Sequence record: ON287372.1
DNA: 64,000 bases
Direction: 5' to 3' (one strand)
Positions 1 to 10,168 of this stretch are shown here, one piece after another. The notes beneath the pieces are model-generated. The model ran no database searches, was not told the DNA's origin, and worked only from the letters and a program-made list of their open reading frames with translations. The position numbers and the translations under genes are program-made. Every line of letters begins with the position of its first letter. Position 1 is the stretch's first letter.

Positions 1-1640
1 CCAATCCAAGTCACATGCTCTACTTTAGAAGGCAAAGCATCTTCCACGCGACCGATTTGCTCAATGCCCAAATACGGAGTATTCGGTGGCATGTATGCAA
101 AGATCCGATCATCGTAGACCGACATGACGTGTTCCTTACGTCTTTTCTCGTTCCAGTTCTGCTGAACGATCTTGTTGTAATACAGCGGAGTACCTGCCGC
201 ATAGAAGGTCATCAGTAGATCGAATGCCCCCATTGTATCGCCCGCATCAACAAGACGACGAACCCCTCTCTCAACTTCTTCAGCCTTATAGTTCATGTAA
301 TGCTCGAACAAGACTGATGGGTTCATACGGTTGATTGTACTGAGGCCATCGCCAACGAAATCGCAGACGGTACCGTCAGGATAACGTGGCATCTCAGAAC
401 GCGGTTTGATACGACAGATTACACCTTTACCGCCATAACGGTTGGTCAGTTTGAAACCGATCGTTGGGACGATATCGTACATGAACTTGATCGTGATACG
501 CACAGTTGGGATTGGCGTATTCTTGTAACGATAACGGTGTTTGCCCGACTTCGTGTACTGGAAAATACGAGAGTCGGTGATGAAGCGGTGCAGAGCACGA
601 GACAACCGAGGCTTCCCACGGCTACGAGTTTTGATCAGCTGATATGCAGCATCCACTTGCTTGTGGAACTTCTGCTTAGCTTTCCAGAACTTCTCCAGGT
701 AGTCAGACTCATTAGGACCCGCTGCCTCGAATACCGGCATCTTATCCGTGTTGTCACCATCACTACTCCAGATATCAATATCCAGAACCCGCGCATTCAG
801 AGAACCCGCCTCGATGTAATAACGCTCATCGAAGAAGTGATCGACGTTGGACATTGCGTCTTCAGTCATCTCTACTGCGCCCAGGATATCGTCGTAATCG
901 CGAAGTGATGCAATCAGTCCATCCGGACGGATCTTATCACCAGGACCAGGGAATGGGATATACGCGCCATCATTGCCGTATGTATTAGTCAGATACTTAC
1001 CTTTCGGTACGTTAATGACAATCTCACCATAGCCTGTAGTAGTGTTTTCCTCACACCACTCCTGAGACACCATGAAGCCATCTTCGGTCACATAGTGCGA
1101 AGACATGAACGCCGACTTAGTTGGAGTACCGTAGATATAGATGCCTTCTTCAGTAACCCCTGGACTACGGGTCAGCCATGTGTTCGCTTGCAGTACACTA
1201 CCTGCTTGAGTACGGAACATCGCTTCATCGTTAAGATCGAACTCGAAACCAAAGTTATTGTGATGGGAACAATACTTCGTGACTTCGATCAGGTCGTACT
1301 CTTGTTTCGCCACGTTATAGACGAACAGATAACGTGTTGGGTTATATTTGAAACTGCGCTCTCCAAAACCCACATTGTATTTGTCAATGGCAGCAATGAC
1401 TTCTACCGCCTCATCCACCTTCACACCGAAAGTATATTTAGCGTATTCCTGCTCCACGCCGGTAAAGAAACGATCCCGACGCATTCCCTTAGTTAATAGC
1501 TTCTGCTGAATCTGAGAACCCAACATCACCAAACGACTAGGCGATGTACATGGAGCATACGGAGCCAGGTTAGTTGCAGTACCAGCCAATCTTACATCTA
1601 CCTGACCTTGCTCAAGCTCTAACATCGAATATTCAGTCAT
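1..1640 (-). CDS. non-virion RNA polymerase beta-like subunit, C-terminal half (phiKZ gp71-73-like); runs off the left edge of the window
   Basis: Not in the ORF track because no stop lies in the window. Hand translation from ATG 1640 (MTEYSMLELEQGQ...) stays open to base 1. It contains EDG (VTEDGF) and GFKLTNRYGGKGV...RMN, matching the beta GDKxxxRHGxKG and RMN motifs. An early-promoter motif lies upstream. Confidence 0.9.
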   Translation of the reverse strand, partial: MTEYSMLELEQGQVDVRLAGTATNLAPYAPCTSPSRLVMLGSQIQQKLLTKGMRRDRFFTGVEQEYAKYTFGVKVDEAVEVIAAIDKYNVGFGERSFKYNPTRYLFVYNVAKQEYDLIEVTKYCSHHNNFGFEFDLNDEAMFRTQAGSVLQANTWLTRSPGVTEEGIYIYGTPTKSAFMSSHYVTEDGFMVSQEWCEENTTTGYGEIVINVPKGKYLTNTYGNDGAYIPFPGPGDKIRPDGLIASLRDYDDILGAVEMTEDAMSNVDHFFDERYYIEAGSLNARVLDIDIWSSDGDNTDKMPVFEAAGPNESDYLEKFWKAKQKFHKQVDAAYQLIKTRSRGKPRLSRALHRFITDSRIFQYTKSGKHRYRYKNTPIPTVRITIKFMYDIVPTIGFKLTNRYGGKGVICRIKPRSEMPRYPDGTVCDFVGDGLSTINRMNPSVLFEHYMNYKAEEVERGVRRLVDAGDTMGAFDLLMTFYAAGTPLYYNKIVQQNWNEKRRKEHVMSVYDDRIFAYMPPNTPYLGIEQIGRVEDALPSKVEHVTWI

Positions 1641-1724
1641 TCTGCCCTCTATGGAATAGTGGATAATAAGAGGTGTTGGTTTTTTACCAACACCTACGTT
1701 TTGTTTTGAACTACCTTTCATTAA

Positions 1725-1742
1725 GGTAATATATACATGAAA
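1725..1742 (-). promoter_or_regulatory. phiKZ-type early promoter
   Basis: Minus strand TTTCATGTATATATTACC, upstream of the beta subunit. Confidence 0.75.
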
Positions 1743-1760
1743 TCATTTTAGGAATTCATC

Positions 1761-2108
1761 ATGGCAACTAACTTAATTGATGCAATGAATAATCCTGGGC
1801 AACCGGAGTATTACAGCCGTGGCTTTTACAATATCGTAGAAGATCACCTACAATGGCTACAAGACCCGATTAACTCTAACATGTACAAAGTTAGCGGGAT
1901 GGAGGCTCATCGTTACTACGGGCGTTTCTACGCGTATTTACGCGATGTGGTAGGGGCAAACAAACCAGAGTATTACTACACCATCTTGCGTGTTAACAAC
2001 ATGACTTCACCGATGCAATTCGATGAGAATTGGCATGAAGTTTTAATCCCTAAGGATGGGAAGATTGACACACTGATGGAAAAATATTTAGCGTTTAAAG
2101 CTGGCTAA
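1761..2108 (+). CDS. conserved hypothetical protein, possibly virion/baseplate (LysM- or T4 gp53-like)
   Basis: 115 aa with a good RBS (AGGA). The YYTILRVNNMTSPMQF...LIP segment resembles gp53/LysM-type wedge proteins, but the likeness is weak. Confidence 0.45.
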   Translation: MATNLIDAMNNPGQPEYYSRGFYNIVEDHLQWLQDPINSNMYKVSGMEAHRYYGRFYAYLRDVVGANKPEYYYTILRVNNMTSPMQFDENWHEVLIPKDGKIDTLMEKYLAFKAG

Positions 2109-2176
2109 CAAATCAAGTGTTGGCGCCGTAAAATACGACCTGTTGACGTAAAAAATAAATAGCCTAAGCATAGGTC

Positions 2177-2202
2177 CCCTCCCTGCCTAATGGCAGGGAG
2201 GG
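2177..2202. terminator. intrinsic terminator between convergent genes
   Basis: CCCTCCCTGCC-TAAT-GGCAGGGAGGG, an 11-bp stem. Confidence 0.7.
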
Positions 2203-2207
2203 CTATG

Positions 2208-2417
2208 TCAGAACAGGCTAAGTATTTCTGCCTCGGTGTAGTTAGAGAATTGCTGGACTTCTTCAACTGAGATATCCAGAACAGCGGCAATAGTTTCATC
2301 GTCAATTGATTTCTCTTTTGCGACTTTAACTTGGCGCCACAGGGAAAGCTCGGCGATTTCTCCGTATTGCAGTATAGCTTCCTTTACGATACCGTAAACT
2401 TCTTTACAAGCAGACAT
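2208..2417 (-). CDS. small protein with C-terminal HTH-like segment
   Basis: RBS GAGG favours the ATG at 2417 (MSACKE). DETIAAVLDISVEEVQQ looks like a helix-turn-helix. Confidence 0.5.
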   Translation of the reverse strand: MSACKEVYGIVKEAILQYGEIAELSLWRQVKVAKEKSIDDETIAAVLDISVEEVQQFSNYTEAEILSLF

Positions 2418-2437
2418 AGTTACCTCAGACAAAATAG

Positions 2438-2461
2438 AGAGGAGGGTTTTACCCCTCCTCT
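2438..2461 (-). terminator. intrinsic terminator
   Basis: AGAGGAGGG/CCCTCCTCT stem with a U-tract on the minus strand. Confidence 0.7.
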
Positions 2462-2471
2462 TATGGTTTAC

Positions 2472-3752
2472 TTACCAACGACGGCGAGAACGACCTGCGT
2501 TATCAAACCAGTCTTCGTCGTTTCCTCGGCGATCGTCACGTCGGTCATCCCGACGATCATCACGTCCGAAACGATCGTAGTCACGGTCGTCACGACGGCG
2601 ATCACTGTAGCGATCATCACGATCGCGACTAAAGCGATCTTCACGACGATAGTCGCGATCATTTCCGCGACCAGACCGGCTACGCCAATCAACAGCTCTT
2701 TCTTCCTGGCGTGGTTCTTCCTGACGGATGAAGCGGTTGCCTTCGTCACGGGTACGAAGGATGCTAGTCCGGCCAGCAGAGACATCACGACGGAGAGTAC
2801 GACGCTCTTCACGTTTCACCTTTTCTTCTTGACGCGACTTCATGTCAGCCAACTCATCTTCGTTGGCGTCACCGATATTGCCATCCAGCGGCGGGATATC
2901 GTTTTTGTAGTCGTTCAGATCAGCCATGTTCTTCACCCAGTTGGTCTGGATGATACAATCTTCCAGTTCGGTGAAGTCTTCGCAGAACACTTTGGTGACC
3001 TTGTTCAGGTCTTTCGCCAGCAGCGAGAACGCCATCATCAGAGAATGGAAGTTCGGCGCTACCTGGGAACGGCTACCGTAAGAATAGTCGTCCATAGACG
3101 TGTCGATGTTCGGGAAGATACGACGCATGACTTTGAAGAAAGTGCTGCGGTCGCGGACCAGGAATGGAACGTCGAAGATTTTCTTCTCTGGAGAATGCTC
3201 TTCGTCCATGATCGGGAACGTGGTGGTGCAGACGCGAGGATACTCCTCGCCTTTCCACAGGCCGCTACGTTTAACGAACATGTTGACCAGGGCATACTGA
3301 CCTTTGAAGTCAACCTTCTCCTGGATCAGCTTCTGAACTGCAGCCAGAGTTTTCTTCGTTACATCCGGCACGTCGCGCAGATACTCGCGTTGTTCCGGAG
3401 TCAGCTTCGGATGCTTGTCAGTATCCAGCGCCAGGGTGAAGATGAAGTTCAGCAGAGTACAGGTCACGCGATACACGCGGTTAGATACCGCCAGCGCCAG
3501 ACGCTCTTGTACTTCCGACTTCTTACGACGCACGTTCTCAGACAGAGGATGGAACGGGATCTGCGTATCCCACTGAGGATCTTTCAACCATTCTTCGGTT
3601 GGGATGATCAGTGTCTTCTCACGCAGAGTGAACGGGGTTTTCACCCCGGCCTCGTTCAGTTCAACGTGCATCTTCGAGTTTACATCGAAGCCCAGGGACT
3701 TCATGATTTCGACGTAGATGGTCGTCAGTTTCTTTTTGTTCACTTCACTCAT
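2472..3752 (-). CDS. conserved jumbo-phage protein (phiKZ gp70 position) with Arg/Asp-rich low-complexity tail
   Basis: 426 aa. It follows the PicA-like gene and precedes the beta subunit. The C-terminal ~115 aa are RD/RE repeats. Confidence 0.7.
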   Translation of the reverse strand: MSEVNKKKLTTIYVEIMKSLGFDVNSKMHVELNEAGVKTPFTLREKTLIIPTEEWLKDPQWDTQIPFHPLSENVRRKKSEVQERLALAVSNRVYRVTCTLLNFIFTLALDTDKHPKLTPEQREYLRDVPDVTKKTLAAVQKLIQEKVDFKGQYALVNMFVKRSGLWKGEEYPRVCTTTFPIMDEEHSPEKKIFDVPFLVRDRSTFFKVMRRIFPNIDTSMDDYSYGSRSQVAPNFHSLMMAFSLLAKDLNKVTKVFCEDFTELEDCIIQTNWVKNMADLNDYKNDIPPLDGNIGDANEDELADMKSRQEEKVKREERRTLRRDVSAGRTSILRTRDEGNRFIRQEEPRQEERAVDWRSRSGRGNDRDYRREDRFSRDRDDRYSDRRRDDRDYDRFGRDDRRDDRRDDRRGNDEDWFDNAGRSRRRW

Positions 3753-3780
3753 TTCACAGTACTCTCTTTTTCAAATTGGA

Positions 3781-5274
3781 TTAATAACCGTCGCGCTCAA
3801 AGTAGTCACGAGTAGGTTCATCATCTGGCGCACGCATCTGATCAACGATATCGTCGATGATGTTACCCAGGTCGTTACCGATTTTATTAGCCTGATCGTA
3901 ATCTGGCGTTTTCATCGGAGAAGTCAGACCATCGCAGAAGCATGGTGCTACGAACTCTTCAGACTCTTCGCCTTCGATAGACAGCTCGATTTTGATATCA
4001 GTGATTACTGAACAGTCGATCTGAATATCGATCAACATCTGGCTGTTGCGTGAAACGACTTCGCCTACCTGCAGGATCAGAAGTTCTTCCAGCGGGCCGC
4101 GATACGGCTCAATGTTCATCCCCGGTACCATTGGACGAGCATCCATCAGGATTGCACGCATAGTACCATCCAGCGTATCGTTGGTAATCTGAATTACCGC
4201 ATCGCAGATGAAGTGTTGCATCATCAACGCCGGTACAGATTGCGCAATGATAGACGCAGCTACAGTGTTACGGTCAGAACCTTTCCAGTCACGACCACGA
4301 CCACGTTCATACCCAGTGTAACCACGCTTACGCACTTCACCGGAATCGATGAAGCGAGTTACGCCTTCATCCCAATCAGTGCAGTCAGCCAGTTCACGCA
4401 GCGTAATGGAGCCGCTCTGGCCAAAGTCACAGCTGGACAGGAAATCCAGGAACAGTGTGTTTGCACCGATATCAGAAGGCATAGTTGCTGCCGCTGCATG
4501 TTCTGCTGGAGTCAGCTCTTCGGATGCGAAACGAGATTCCGGATTGAAGTCGGACTGAGTGGAAGTTTCCGACATCACGCCGGCACGCAGAACGCGAGAC
4601 AGATAGTTGGACGCGTTGTTATCGGTACGACGACCCAGTTTAATTTCACCACCCAGATCACCGCGTACATCGATGATTTCATCACCGCCACCCAGGAAAC
4701 GAGTTTGTTCCGCTACCGAACGATTGTTGAAGATATCGTTTGGACGAAGCAGACGTTCTGGTTCCTCAAAGCCCAGGCGACGAGTACGAGTATCGCGCAG
4801 TGCATTTGGACGAATGATGTAGTCATTGCTCTCAATACGAGAACGACGAGAACGACCACGACCGGTGCTGAAAGTTGTATCTGCGATTGTGGTTGAGTTG
4901 TTAACGAACAACATCATGTCATCATCCAGATGACCACTTACGCGAGATACGCCGTTATGATCGGTATAGCCAGTCAGAACCTGACGTTTGCTACGACCGT
5001 TATAGTCTTCGATCAGTACGGTAATGATGAAACTGAGGCGACGTTCACCCCAGCCGCCTGGGATTACAACTTCGCCACGATGACGAGATTGCATCGTGAT
5101 AGCAGAACCCACAGAACGGGACAATGCAGTTGCAGACAAGTTACGACCACCGTCGGTATGACGCATCAGGTCACTCGCAACACCCCCATCGAAATGAGTA
5201 TCGAAAGAACGAGAGTACTGATCATCGTAGTTTGAAGATTCGAAGAAGATTGCGCTGATAACTTGAGGTTTCAT
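3781..5274 (-). CDS. putative nuclear-import factor PicA/Imp1-like protein (phiKZ gp69 position)
   Basis: 497 aa. Assigned by gene order only: it directly follows the gp68-like gene in the chimallin-nvRNAP block. No diagnostic motif was recognised. Confidence 0.55.
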   Translation of the reverse strand: MKPQVISAIFFESSNYDDQYSRSFDTHFDGGVASDLMRHTDGGRNLSATALSRSVGSAITMQSRHRGEVVIPGGWGERRLSFIITVLIEDYNGRSKRQVLTGYTDHNGVSRVSGHLDDDMMLFVNNSTTIADTTFSTGRGRSRRSRIESNDYIIRPNALRDTRTRRLGFEEPERLLRPNDIFNNRSVAEQTRFLGGGDEIIDVRGDLGGEIKLGRRTDNNASNYLSRVLRAGVMSETSTQSDFNPESRFASEELTPAEHAAAATMPSDIGANTLFLDFLSSCDFGQSGSITLRELADCTDWDEGVTRFIDSGEVRKRGYTGYERGRGRDWKGSDRNTVAASIIAQSVPALMMQHFICDAVIQITNDTLDGTMRAILMDARPMVPGMNIEPYRGPLEELLILQVGEVVSRNSQMLIDIQIDCSVITDIKIELSIEGEESEEFVAPCFCDGLTSPMKTPDYDQANKIGNDLGNIIDDIVDQMRAPDDEPTRDYFERDGY

Positions 5275-5303
5275 GAATTGCCTTTCCTTTTAGTCGATTT
5301 CTT

Positions 5304-6821
5304 TTACAAGCCAACGTGGCCGTTTAATGCGAAGATGAATTCTACGAGGATGATACGGATATCGCTTGGGATTACCATACCGCCTTCACGCATGACCATC
5401 TTGGATTCCGCTGCGATGACATCGTCAACATCACGGTACCAATAATGACCAGCGAACTTTGTGGTTAATGTTTCGATTGCAATCGTACCTGGATCTTTCA
5501 GAGCGGTCTTAGAGCCGGTTCCTGTTTTCACCTGGCGGCGATATTTGTAGATAGTTGCCAAGATCGTTTTGTGATGCTCTTTGATCTGCTCACTACCGGA
5601 AATGGTATTGCAAGGCTCCCCGCGGTCAGCACCTAACAGATCAGCCAGAGTCGCAAACCCTTTCTGATACAGATAAGTCTGAGCCACCGAAATCATGTTA
5701 ATCGCACCGGTACGATCGGTGTGAGGCATGGCTCGGGTCGGGTTTATTTTTGACAGCGCCAGAGCGGCTAACTTCACTTGCTCTTCAGTTGGGTTGAAAT
5801 ACTTACGCAGTGAGTTACGACGCACCAGACGTTTCAACAACGCTTGGTCGATATCGTTAATCAGACGCCGGCCCATCAATACTGCATCAGATGCCGAATA
5901 GTCAAACTCAATTCGCGTACCGTCACTGATACGTTCCTTTGGCTTATAGCTTTCTGCCGTAGAGGAGTTGTCTTCCTCATTACCATTCGCCGACGTAAAG
6001 GTTTTTGCTCGCACATCACCTTTCTTACGGTTTTGGTCAGGATTCAGCTTAGCCCGAGTTTGAGCCCAGAGCGTAGAGATCAGGTTGACCGTCTGGGATT
6101 TGTCTGCGTCATCGTTGTGCGATACGCAAGCAGAAGCCAAACGTTCTACCGTCATCAGGCTGAAGATCCATTCTGGCATATCCAACGTCCCGATACCTTC
6201 CAGGATGTTGCGCATGCCCGGATCATTATCCGATGCGATATAGTCGACGAATACACGGAACCGTTGGAATGGCGCGCAGTCTTCAATGCCACTACGCTGC
6301 AGCAATGCCATCGAAACAACTTCCTGTTGGTTCTCACGCAACCCCAGTTTGACCATCGTGTACTCAGACCAGATCGGACAGAGGAACTTCATGATCACTG
6401 ACAACGATGTCAGCTGACGATAGTCGTCACGCAGATACGTTTGTTCAGGACGATCACGCTCATCCATTTCGTCTTTCAGATTATCCGGAAAACGAATGTT
6501 AGAACGAGTCCGTACCCAATGATCTACCAGCTCCAATGGATGGAACTTAGCGATCTTGATGACTTCCTTGTTGATGATACTGAACAGCACGTTTGGATCA
6601 AACACGACACCGAGAACATCTCGGATATTCCGGAAGGATTGGAAGATCGCAGCCTGCTCTTCTTCAGGACGCCACCGCCAATATTCATTAATATCCCGGA
6701 ACATTTCAGCACTTACCTTTTTGTAATAGCGCATGTCCCAGACCAATGGTTCCTCACCGGGATGACCCATCAAGACGAGCTTTTGTTTCTCATCAATCTC
6801 CGGATCAAAATAGATTTCCAT
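5304..6821 (-). CDS. putative nvRNAP specificity subunit (phiKZ gp68-like)
   Basis: 505 aa helical protein. Size and position (two genes before the gp70-like gene and the beta subunit) match gp68. An early-promoter motif lies immediately upstream. Confidence 0.65.
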   Translation of the reverse strand: MEIYFDPEIDEKQKLVLMGHPGEEPLVWDMRYYKKVSAEMFRDINEYWRWRPEEEQAAIFQSFRNIRDVLGVVFDPNVLFSIINKEVIKIAKFHPLELVDHWVRTRSNIRFPDNLKDEMDERDRPEQTYLRDDYRQLTSLSVIMKFLCPIWSEYTMVKLGLRENQQEVVSMALLQRSGIEDCAPFQRFRVFVDYIASDNDPGMRNILEGIGTLDMPEWIFSLMTVERLASACVSHNDDADKSQTVNLISTLWAQTRAKLNPDQNRKKGDVRAKTFTSANGNEEDNSSTAESYKPKERISDGTRIEFDYSASDAVLMGRRLINDIDQALLKRLVRRNSLRKYFNPTEEQVKLAALALSKINPTRAMPHTDRTGAINMISVAQTYLYQKGFATLADLLGADRGEPCNTISGSEQIKEHHKTILATIYKYRRQVKTGTGSKTALKDPGTIAIETLTTKFAGHYWYRDVDDVIAAESKMVMREGGMVIPSDIRIILVEFIFALNGHVGL

Positions 6822-6858
6822 GAAGTCTCCTTTAGACCTTTTAGGTTGCTAACATTAA

Positions 6859-6876
6859 GGTAATATATACGTGAAA
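6859..6876 (-). promoter_or_regulatory. phiKZ-type early promoter
   Basis: TTTCACGTATATATTACC, upstream of the gp68-like and PicA-like genes. Confidence 0.75.
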
Positions 6877-6924
6877 AATAGTAGAGACTGCTGGAGGCAA
6901 CACGCCTCCAGCAGCTTTACCGTA

Positions 6925-7719
6925 TTACCACGGAATGTCGTTATCGAAGCCACCGCCGCCTGCAGGGGCGGAAGGTTGTTGTTGTTGGCCGCCACCGGAG
7001 TTGTTGTTCCAGTTATTGCCGCCGCCGTTACCACCACCATTTCCGCCCCATGAATTTCCACCGCCTTGGCGGCCTTGGTTCTGGCTGAAGCGTTGTTGGT
7101 TGGCGCGTTTCTTCGCTTCCTTTGCCTGTTCCAGTTCTGGGGCATCCAGATAGCTGCTGAGCAGGAAGTGGTTGATGTGGGATTCCCACATGTTAGCACG
7201 AGCGATCGCGAAGATCTTGCTGGTAGTACCGTTGTCGAATACTTCACCGGCACGGTTACGGATAACCGTCATACGAGGCGCGTTGAAGTAGAACTTCACG
7301 TTGTCGCGGCCTTTCTGGGTGATACCGATGAATACGCCTTCCTGGTCTTTACCGACGACGATCATGAATTCGGTTTCTGGACGATCCAGTTTTTTACCGA
7401 ACATGAAAGTAGTCATCGTTTCCATTTTGACCATGCCGTCAGGGATCTGATCTTCCGCAACCATGCGGATAGCTTGGCACAGTGCGTTGAACTGAACCAG
7501 GTTAGGGAAGAAGTCGATCTTACCGTCTTTGCCGCCTTTACGAAGGTTTACACCCATTTGGATTTCACGAACTTTTTCTTCGTGGTTGTAGCGGAAGTCG
7601 ATAAACAGGAACGGCTCTTTGCCGTCGCTGTTTTGAGTTGCTGGAGCAAACAGGCGACATGCCCAATCATCAAGTGCGCGCTCACGACGACCCAGGCTGT
7701 AAGACTTTTGTTCTGCCAT
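6925..7719 (-). CDS. putative single-stranded DNA-binding protein
   Basis: 264 aa with a beta-rich core, a Gly/Asn/Gln linker and an acidic C-terminus GFDNDIPW, like the SSB tail DDDIPF. Confidence 0.65.
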   Translation of the reverse strand: MAEQKSYSLGRRERALDDWACRLFAPATQNSDGKEPFLFIDFRYNHEEKVREIQMGVNLRKGGKDGKIDFFPNLVQFNALCQAIRMVAEDQIPDGMVKMETMTTFMFGKKLDRPETEFMIVVGKDQEGVFIGITQKGRDNVKFYFNAPRMTVIRNRAGEVFDNGTTSKIFAIARANMWESHINHFLLSSYLDAPELEQAKEAKKRANQQRFSQNQGRQGGGNSWGGNGGGNGGGNNWNNNSGGGQQQQPSAPAGGGGFDNDIPW

Positions 7720-7794
7720 TTTGGTAAACCCTTAATATTCGGTTTGAAGATAATTTGTAAAGTTGGCTCATATCTCTAGAGCCGGCGTAAAATC

Positions 7795-8634
7795 CTACTT
7801 GAGAGCTTCTCTGAGCGTCTCTACGATAGATCTGTCAGGTATCCATTGGATGTTCTGACGAATCTTTTCCATCGTTGTCATTGGCGACCATTTGTACTTA
7901 ATGGCCGTGTCAATAACTGCTCGACGGATAGCAATTGGCATACGCAAGAACTGCGTAGGACCATCACCGAATACCTGGATCGTGAATTCATTGAAAGGCA
8001 TCATCTTAAGATTCTTCCCTTCCGTGAGTTTACTGTTCCATTGCGACTTAGACTTAATAGTACCTGTATGCGACTCCAATAACCGGAGCTGGGTAAACTT
8101 AGTACGAGAAAGTAAGTCTACAGGGTAGTTGGTGATAATGAGGGCCTTGGTAGGTTCCCCACGTAATTCCGATCCCTTATCCCATTCAATAGATTGGGAA
8201 TCATCACGAGCCAATACCAAGTCAATGGTTTTGTTCATGAAGGCATCGTATTGTTTTTGGAATGGCGTGTTCGGTACACGGATAAACGCCTTAGGGAAGC
8301 GGCGTAATAGATCGGCATATTCACGATGATACAACTGAAGATGTTCGATCTTACCGCTGGCAAATCGCTGGATATACTGAACTTCTTCAATTAACGTAGA
8401 AGCAATTGCTTCGGGCGTCAACAAAGAGCGTTTAGTGTTCTCCACCGATTCGTAGATGTTACGATACAACGTACGGATGTTAATCCATAATGCGCCATAA
8501 CGATCACTGTACTCCTTACCACCCACACCGGTTGTGCCGGCCTTATTGGCCAGCGCTTCGATTGCCAGGGAAGTCCCTATAGAAATCGGAAGTTCCCCGA
8601 CTGCTCGCTGAGCGAGAACGTCGTATGCATTCAT
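7795..8634 (-). CDS. conserved protein, possible 5'-3' exonuclease/PIN-like fold
   Basis: 279 aa with conserved-looking acidic motifs (VDLL, LLESHTG, FGD). It ends in TAG. The fold call is tentative. Confidence 0.45.
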   Translation of the reverse strand: MNAYDVLAQRAVGELPISIGTSLAIEALANKAGTTGVGGKEYSDRYGALWINIRTLYRNIYESVENTKRSLLTPEAIASTLIEEVQYIQRFASGKIEHLQLYHREYADLLRRFPKAFIRVPNTPFQKQYDAFMNKTIDLVLARDDSQSIEWDKGSELRGEPTKALIITNYPVDLLSRTKFTQLRLLESHTGTIKSKSQWNSKLTEGKNLKMMPFNEFTIQVFGDGPTQFLRMPIAIRRAVIDTAIKYKWSPMTTMEKIRQNIQWIPDRSIVETLREALK

Positions 8635-9047
8635 GATTTCTTCATCTTCATTTTTATCAGCTTATTGAGCAGCGGAGTTACCGCAGCAGTTACTGACAGG
8701 ATGATCGCCATGTTTGGGATGCTAATAGCTGTACTCGAGCCAACCAAATCCAATCCCAAGTTAATAAACCAAAGGCCTGCGGAAATGCCCAGGTAAGTCA
8801 TCATACCCGATACAAACGCACCCAAGTCTCGTTCATCTATACCGTCAACATTTTCCATAGTCCAATAGGCCCAATGAACTACTAGACCAATGCCACCCGC
8901 AATGATCATTACACCAGCACCTCCGGTGAATGACCAGAAGGTCAGTTTAGCGATCAGACCGATAGCTGGTGAAGCTAACATCACCAACAAATAAGCAACC
9001 GAGTTCTCGGCTGAAATCTCGAAGCAATCCTTAAGTTTTTGTTTCAA
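8631..9047 (-). CDS. integral membrane protein (about 4 TM helices)
   Basis: 138 aa with four hydrophobic stretches. It has 4-nt overlaps with both neighbours. Confidence 0.7.
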   Translation of the reverse strand: MKQKLKDCFEISAENSVAYLLVMLASPAIGLIAKLTFWSFTGGAGVMIIAGGIGLVVHWAYWTMENVDGIDERDLGAFVSGMMTYLGISAGLWFINLGLDLVGSSTAISIPNMAIILSVTAAVTPLLNKLIKMKMKKS

Positions 9048-10168
9048 AGCAGTGCCCTCACCAAATCTAAATAATCATCGATCGCTACCGAATCATCACC
9101 TTTATTTCGGCGACGTTTCTCTAGAAGAGAAGTCACGTTCGCACGAGTGATTGGGGTAGCAACATATTTTTGCTGGGAGAAAGCCGTACCGCGATGCATC
9201 GCTTTCACTTTCTTCCCGGTTACCTTTTCCGTGAACTCGATATTATCGTAAAGCGCTTTAACCGCTTCCATAATAGCAAGCTTAGGATCTTCAGGATCGA
9301 ACAAAAGTCTTATCGCTGACCCAGGCTGCCAAGGACCTTCTCCGTCAATAACCTGGAGAACATCGTTGATTTCCATCCCCTGAACATCCAATGTTCGGTA
9401 TACCCGAGCATCGTAGTTGAATTTACGCGTATAGTCGATCTCACGACCATTTGCATAAGTCATCCATACTACGCCCTTATTTTCTTCCTCGCCGTGCCCC
9501 AGGCGTTCCAGAGAGCCTACAGACATTACGTTAAGATAACGTGAATGCGTGTGGATGTGCCCGCTGAATACCGCATAAGTGACTAACTCACTCCAAGCCA
9601 CTGCATCGTGTAAAGAAGGAGAAGGGATTCCCGGTAACTGATACGTAAAGCCGCCATGCATGAATACGAACGCTACTGTTTGTAATCCGCGGGAGTGAAT
9701 CAGATCTTTAGCCTGCTGCAGAGTTACCTCGGCATTAGGTGACCATTCATCCGGCAAGAACAATACGTTGATGTCATGCTTCTCCAAATACTCCACGCAG
9801 AGAGTATCGCGGTAGATAACATTACACCCTAGTTTAAGGATCTCGTTCAACCGAGGGAACATAATGTTCTGACCACGGTCATGTGACTTAGTCCCTTCCA
9901 GAACGATAAGATCGATATCCCATTTAGCACAAAGTACCATAAGGTAAATGGCCGCTTCCTGGGCGAAATATACGTCTGGATCATCCAAAGAAATCAGATG
10001 GTCAGTCCAATCTCCAGTGACTGCAATGATGTCCAGTTGACCTGTTTCTTCATTATCAGGAAATAGGCGACGGATGGCCGCCAACATACGTGGCGACCGT
10101 GTCCGTTTATGGAAAAAGTGAACATCACTGACGAGCCCAATTCGCAGGCCTTTGTCGTCAGATATCAT
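9044..10168 (-). CDS. Mre11/SbcD-like metallophosphoesterase nuclease
   Basis: Calcineurin-like motifs SDVH, TGD, GTKSHD, MHG and SGHIH. The likely start is ATG 10168 (MISDD, 374 aa) rather than the track's 10249. Confidence 0.85.
   Translation of the reverse strand: MISDDKGLRIGLVSDVHFFHKRTRSPRMLAAIRRLFPDNEETGQLDIIAVTGDWTDHLISLDDPDVYFAQEAAIYLMVLCAKWDIDLIVLEGTKSHDRGQNIMFPRLNEILKLGCNVIYRDTLCVEYLEKHDINVLFLPDEWSPNAEVTLQQAKDLIHSRGLQTVAFVFMHGGFTYQLPGIPSPSLHDAVAWSELVTYAVFSGHIHTHSRYLNVMSVGSLERLGHGEEENKGVVWMTYANGREIDYTRKFNYDARVYRTLDVQGMEINDVLQVIDGEGPWQPGSAIRLLFDPEDPKLAIMEAVKALYDNIEFTEKVTGKKVKAMHRGTAFSQQKYVATPITRANVTSLLEKRRRNKGDDSVAIDDYLDLVRALL

Noticed and set aside
2331-3815. 494-aa plus-strand ORF with Val/Thr/Ile-rich repeats
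   Set aside because: It is the reverse-complement reading of the Arg/Asp repeat gene.
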